Below are positions 60,962 to 64,000 of a stretch of 64,000 nucleotides of DNA, piece after piece. Each line of letters begins with the position of its first letter. The stretch's first letter is position 1. Both the position numbers and the translations under genes were made by a program. The stretch lies in the NCBI RefSeq assembly GCF_009914755.1, contig NC_060937.1; one strand, 5' to 3'. The notes under the pieces were generated by a model that was not told the origin of the DNA, ran no database searches, and saw only the letters and a list, made by a program, of their open reading frames with translations. The DNA is from the human T2T-CHM13v2.0 reference genome, Homo sapiens.

Positions 60962-61499
60962 GTAAGCTTGAACTTGAAATTTTTTCGTGAAATTTGAAGA
61001 AGCCGAATTTTTACTCAGAAATATATATCAGGGAAATACAAGTTCCTCGATATCAACAAGCATATGGCATGGTTTTATGTGCAATAAATGAGGAAAGTGA
61101 AATCGATTTTTAACAGGTTGAATGAATGCCCTTTTGGTATCTGCATTAACTTATTGATTTCCAGTGATGTGATATATGGTTTATTCAAAACTTATTCAGT
61201 GGACAAAAGCATATCAAATGTACAGATTTTACAATGCTAGGAATTAAACTTGGCTCAATGATTTGTTTAGTAAGTCAAAAGTTAATAATACTAGAAACTA
61301 GTGTTGAGGTCAGATTAACAATGATCAACCAGGGCAAGGCTGCTAATCTTGCTTTCTGAATGTAATGCTAAAAATTCATAAATAAAATTGACATTTGTGC
61401 TTTTTCCCTTGTTTTCTAAGATGAGTGGCAGAGCTTAAAGACAGAAATCAAAGAAATTCCCCATACAAATAAGTGCTGGTCATTGCATATACTTAAATA

Positions 61500-61620
61500 T
61501 TTATTCACTTATTCAGCAAATATCTGCTGAAGGCTTATTGCATGCCAAACACTATTTATTGCACTGATACAGCAGGGAAAATCAACAAACTTGCCCTTAT
61601 GGTGCTCACATTCTAGTTGT
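61500..61620 (-). mobile_element. L2 3' end fragment just upstream of the exon at 61670
   Basis: ttattcacttattcagcaaatatctgctga...tgcccttatggtgctcacattctag. Confidence 0.6.
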
Positions 61621-61669
61621 AGATATATTCCTATGGGATGTGATTGACCTGCTGACATTATTGTTCCAG

Positions 61670-61834
61670 GTGAGACAGAAAAGCCCTGCATTCTTGAGCT
61701 GATGGACGATGTGCTCTATGAGGAGGTAGAGGAGCTCCGCCTGGTACTCGGCACTCCACAAAGCAACTCTCCCTTTGGGGCTGCAGTTGGTGAACAAAAT
61801 GAAACTCTCATAAGGATCCGAGATGATGCTGATA
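61670..61834 (+). CDS. FREM2: FREM2 internal coding exon (probably exon 10), 165 nt; absent from the ORF track
   Basis: Acceptor ttattgttccAG|GT, donor GATA|GTAAGA. Manual translation (G)[54 protein letters not shown] completes the Calx-beta repeat begun in the previous exon. Confidence 0.95.
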
Positions 61835-62411
61835 GTAAGAAATCTTTTTTTGTTTGTTCAACTGTAAATTAGAAACTAAAATCCAGCCAAGTCAAGGTTT
61901 TAAGTGACTCAGAAAAATGCCCCCACCTCCTCTGCTTTATGACTAGGGTTTTTAAGCAATTGAGAAACAGCAAAAAGACAAACAAATGGGGAACAAAATA
62001 AACCATTAAAACTGATAAAGTTGATGCTGGAGAATATGGCTTATATCCAAACACTAATTCCCAAACATCCATACTGGCCCTCTACTCTATACATACCCTT
62101 GGGTACAGGGGGACCAACAGTTTCCTCCCTTCCCACCCACCTTCAGTGGCCTGCTCATGTGTAATTTATGGCACATATAGAGAGCTGGCAGCACATGCTC
62201 TCTGGGGGCTGGTTAGATCCCTGGAAGGAGCTGGACAACATATGCCAGCTTTTCCTTCCACACACGTCACTAATTTTGAGTGAGGGGACAGAGAGAAGCC
62301 AGGAGTGTAATAGTCATTTATCCCCTCCCACATGGAAACAAACATTAGAAATGGAGGAAAAGCATTCCCCTTACTAACAATTTCATTTGTCTTTGTTTCC
62401 CACAATTTTAG

Positions 62412-62594
62412 AGACTGTTATTAAATTTGGAGAAACCAAATTTAGTGTCACTGAACCCAAAGAACCTGGAGAGTCGGTGGTTATAAGAATTCCAGTGATT
62501 CGCCAAGGAGACACTTCAAAGGTTTCCATTGTGAGAGTCCACACCAAGGATGGCTCGGCCACCTCTGGAGAAGACTACCACCCTGTGTCAGAAG
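62412..62594 (+). CDS. FREM2: FREM2 internal coding exon (probably exon 11), 183 nt
   Basis: Acceptor tttcccacaattttAG|AG, donor GAAG|GTATGG. Encodes (K)[60 protein letters not shown]. Confidence 0.96.
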
Positions 62595-62707
62595 GTATGG
62601 GGCTCCCAGGGCCTGTCTCCTGATGGATCATGCCAACTCTGTGTTTCAGTGCCAGTGCCCTTAAGGAAAAGAAGGGAAACATCCAATTGAAATCAAAATA
62701 GGGCACT

Positions 62708-62992
62708 CTTTTTTAGGGGGTATAATTTTAAGGGGTACAAGTGCAATTTTGTTACATGGTTATATTATGTAGTAGTGAAGTCTAGTCTTTTAGTATCTCC
62801 ATCCCCAGAATAATGTACATTGTACCCATTAAATAATTTCTCAATACCCACCTCCTGCCACTCCCCCACCCTCCCAAGCCTTCAGTGTTTATCATTCCAC
62901 ACTCTATGTCCACGTGTACACATTATTTAGCTACCACTTATAAGTGAGAACAAGCAGTATTTGACTTTCTGTTTCTGAGCTGTTTCAATTAA
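62708..62992 (-). mobile_element. L1MA 3'UTR fragment (5' truncated)
   Basis: ggggtacaagtgcaattttgttacatgg...ccacttataagtgagaac. Confidence 0.8.
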
Positions 62993-63430
62993 AATATAGA
63001 CATACTCTTTTAAATTCCTCTCGTTTAGTAAAACAAACACAATGGGATTTATTTCCAAGATTTTTTTCTTTTTGACTTACAGGGTATATGTGTTAGGACT
63101 TAGGGAAATTTTGAGTAAATGTGCTAAATAACCTTCTGTTTGAATTGGCTTTCTATTAGTTTTACCTTCATTGTAGTTACCAGATTAAATAATAATTTCC
63201 TATATTTTTCTATGTAATTGCAATATGCATGATAACTGTGATAATAATCTATTTTAGTTTAGAGAACACCAGCAATCTAAATCTAAACCAAAAAATTTTG
63301 TGTTAACAAAGGACAGTAAAAGTATAGTGAAATATTAACCACAGAGACAATGAATTCTCTAGGATTTAGGAGCCACTTAGAGATGTCTTTCATCCCTCTC
63401 CTTTTGCAAATGTTGGGCCATGTCACCATC

Positions 63431-63731
63431 TTTTTTTTTTTTTTTTTTGAGACAGAGTCTCACGCTGTTGGCCAGGCTAGCATGCAGTGGCGTAATCACA
63501 GCTCACTGCAGTCTCCGTGTCTTAGGTTCAAGCGATCCTCCCACCTCAGCCTCCCAAGAAGCTAGGACTACAGGCATGCACCACCATGCCCAGCTAATTT
63601 TTTGTATTTTTGGTAGAGATGGGGTTTTACCATGTTGGCCAGGCTGGCCTCAAACTCCTAGTCTCAAGTGATCTGCCCACCTTGTCCTCCCAAAGTGCTT
63701 GGATTAAAGGCATGAACCACCAAACTCAGCC
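63431..63731 (-). mobile_element. Alu (J/S) element
   Basis: Poly-T followed by an antisense dimeric Alu. Confidence 0.92.
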
Positions 63732-63771
63732 TGCCATTTACTTTTATCAGTAATTAAAACAAGTCAGTTCT

Positions 63772-64000
63772 GGCCGGGTGCGTTGGCTCACACCTGTAAT
63801 CCCAGCACTTTGGGAGGCCAAGGCGGGTGGATCACCTGAGGTCAGGAGTTCAAGACCAGCCTGACCAACATGGCAAAACCCCGTCTCTACTAAAAATATA
63901 AAAATTAGCCAGGCGTGGTGGCACACGCCTGTAATCCCAGCTACTTGGGAGCCTGAGGCAGGAGAATGGCTTGAACCCGGAAAGCAGAGGCCGAGATCCG
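63772..64000 (+). mobile_element. AluS element, cut by the window edge
   Basis: GGCCGGGTGCGTTGGCTCACACCTGTAATCCCAGC... Confidence 0.93.

Noticed and set aside
62406-62413. TTTTAGAG tandem AG at the acceptor of the last exon
   Set aside because: The second AG is 2 nt downstream and would frameshift. It is not a NAGNAG, and only the first AG keeps the frame.

Overview
Primate (very probably human) genomic DNA from the FREM2 locus, gene on the + strand. Positions 1-57297 lie in one very long, repeat-rich intron. Five consecutive coding exons follow (57298-57447, 59187-59396, 60764-60961, 61670-61834, 62412-62594; from memory exons 7-11). They splice GT-AG into one continuous frame encoding extracellular Calx-beta repeats. 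The rest is mostly interspersed repeats: three near full-length antisense L1s, a sense L1 ORF2/3' segment, a near-complete Tigger1, MADE1, MER44, MER5, THE1/MST/MLT1/LTR8-type solo LTRs, about 13 Alu/FLAM copies, L2, MIR and microsatellites. Almost all ORFs in the track are repeat remnants or chance. I see no evidence of a new multi-gene system. The items most worth checking are: (1) an orphan ~620-nt retroposed non-coding sequence with AATAAA, poly(A) and TSD inside an L1; (2) an open L1 ORF0-like frame and antisense-promoter splice donors facing the FREM2 exons; (3) recursive-splicing-type AG|GT motifs; (4) a perfect 40-bp palindrome of forkhead motifs; (5) a template-switch scar around (AT)32; (6) a miR-548-like MADE1 hairpin; (7) two coding alleles that appear to be R2066C and T2153S. 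Repeat subfamily names, exon numbers and residue numbers come from recall, not from a search.
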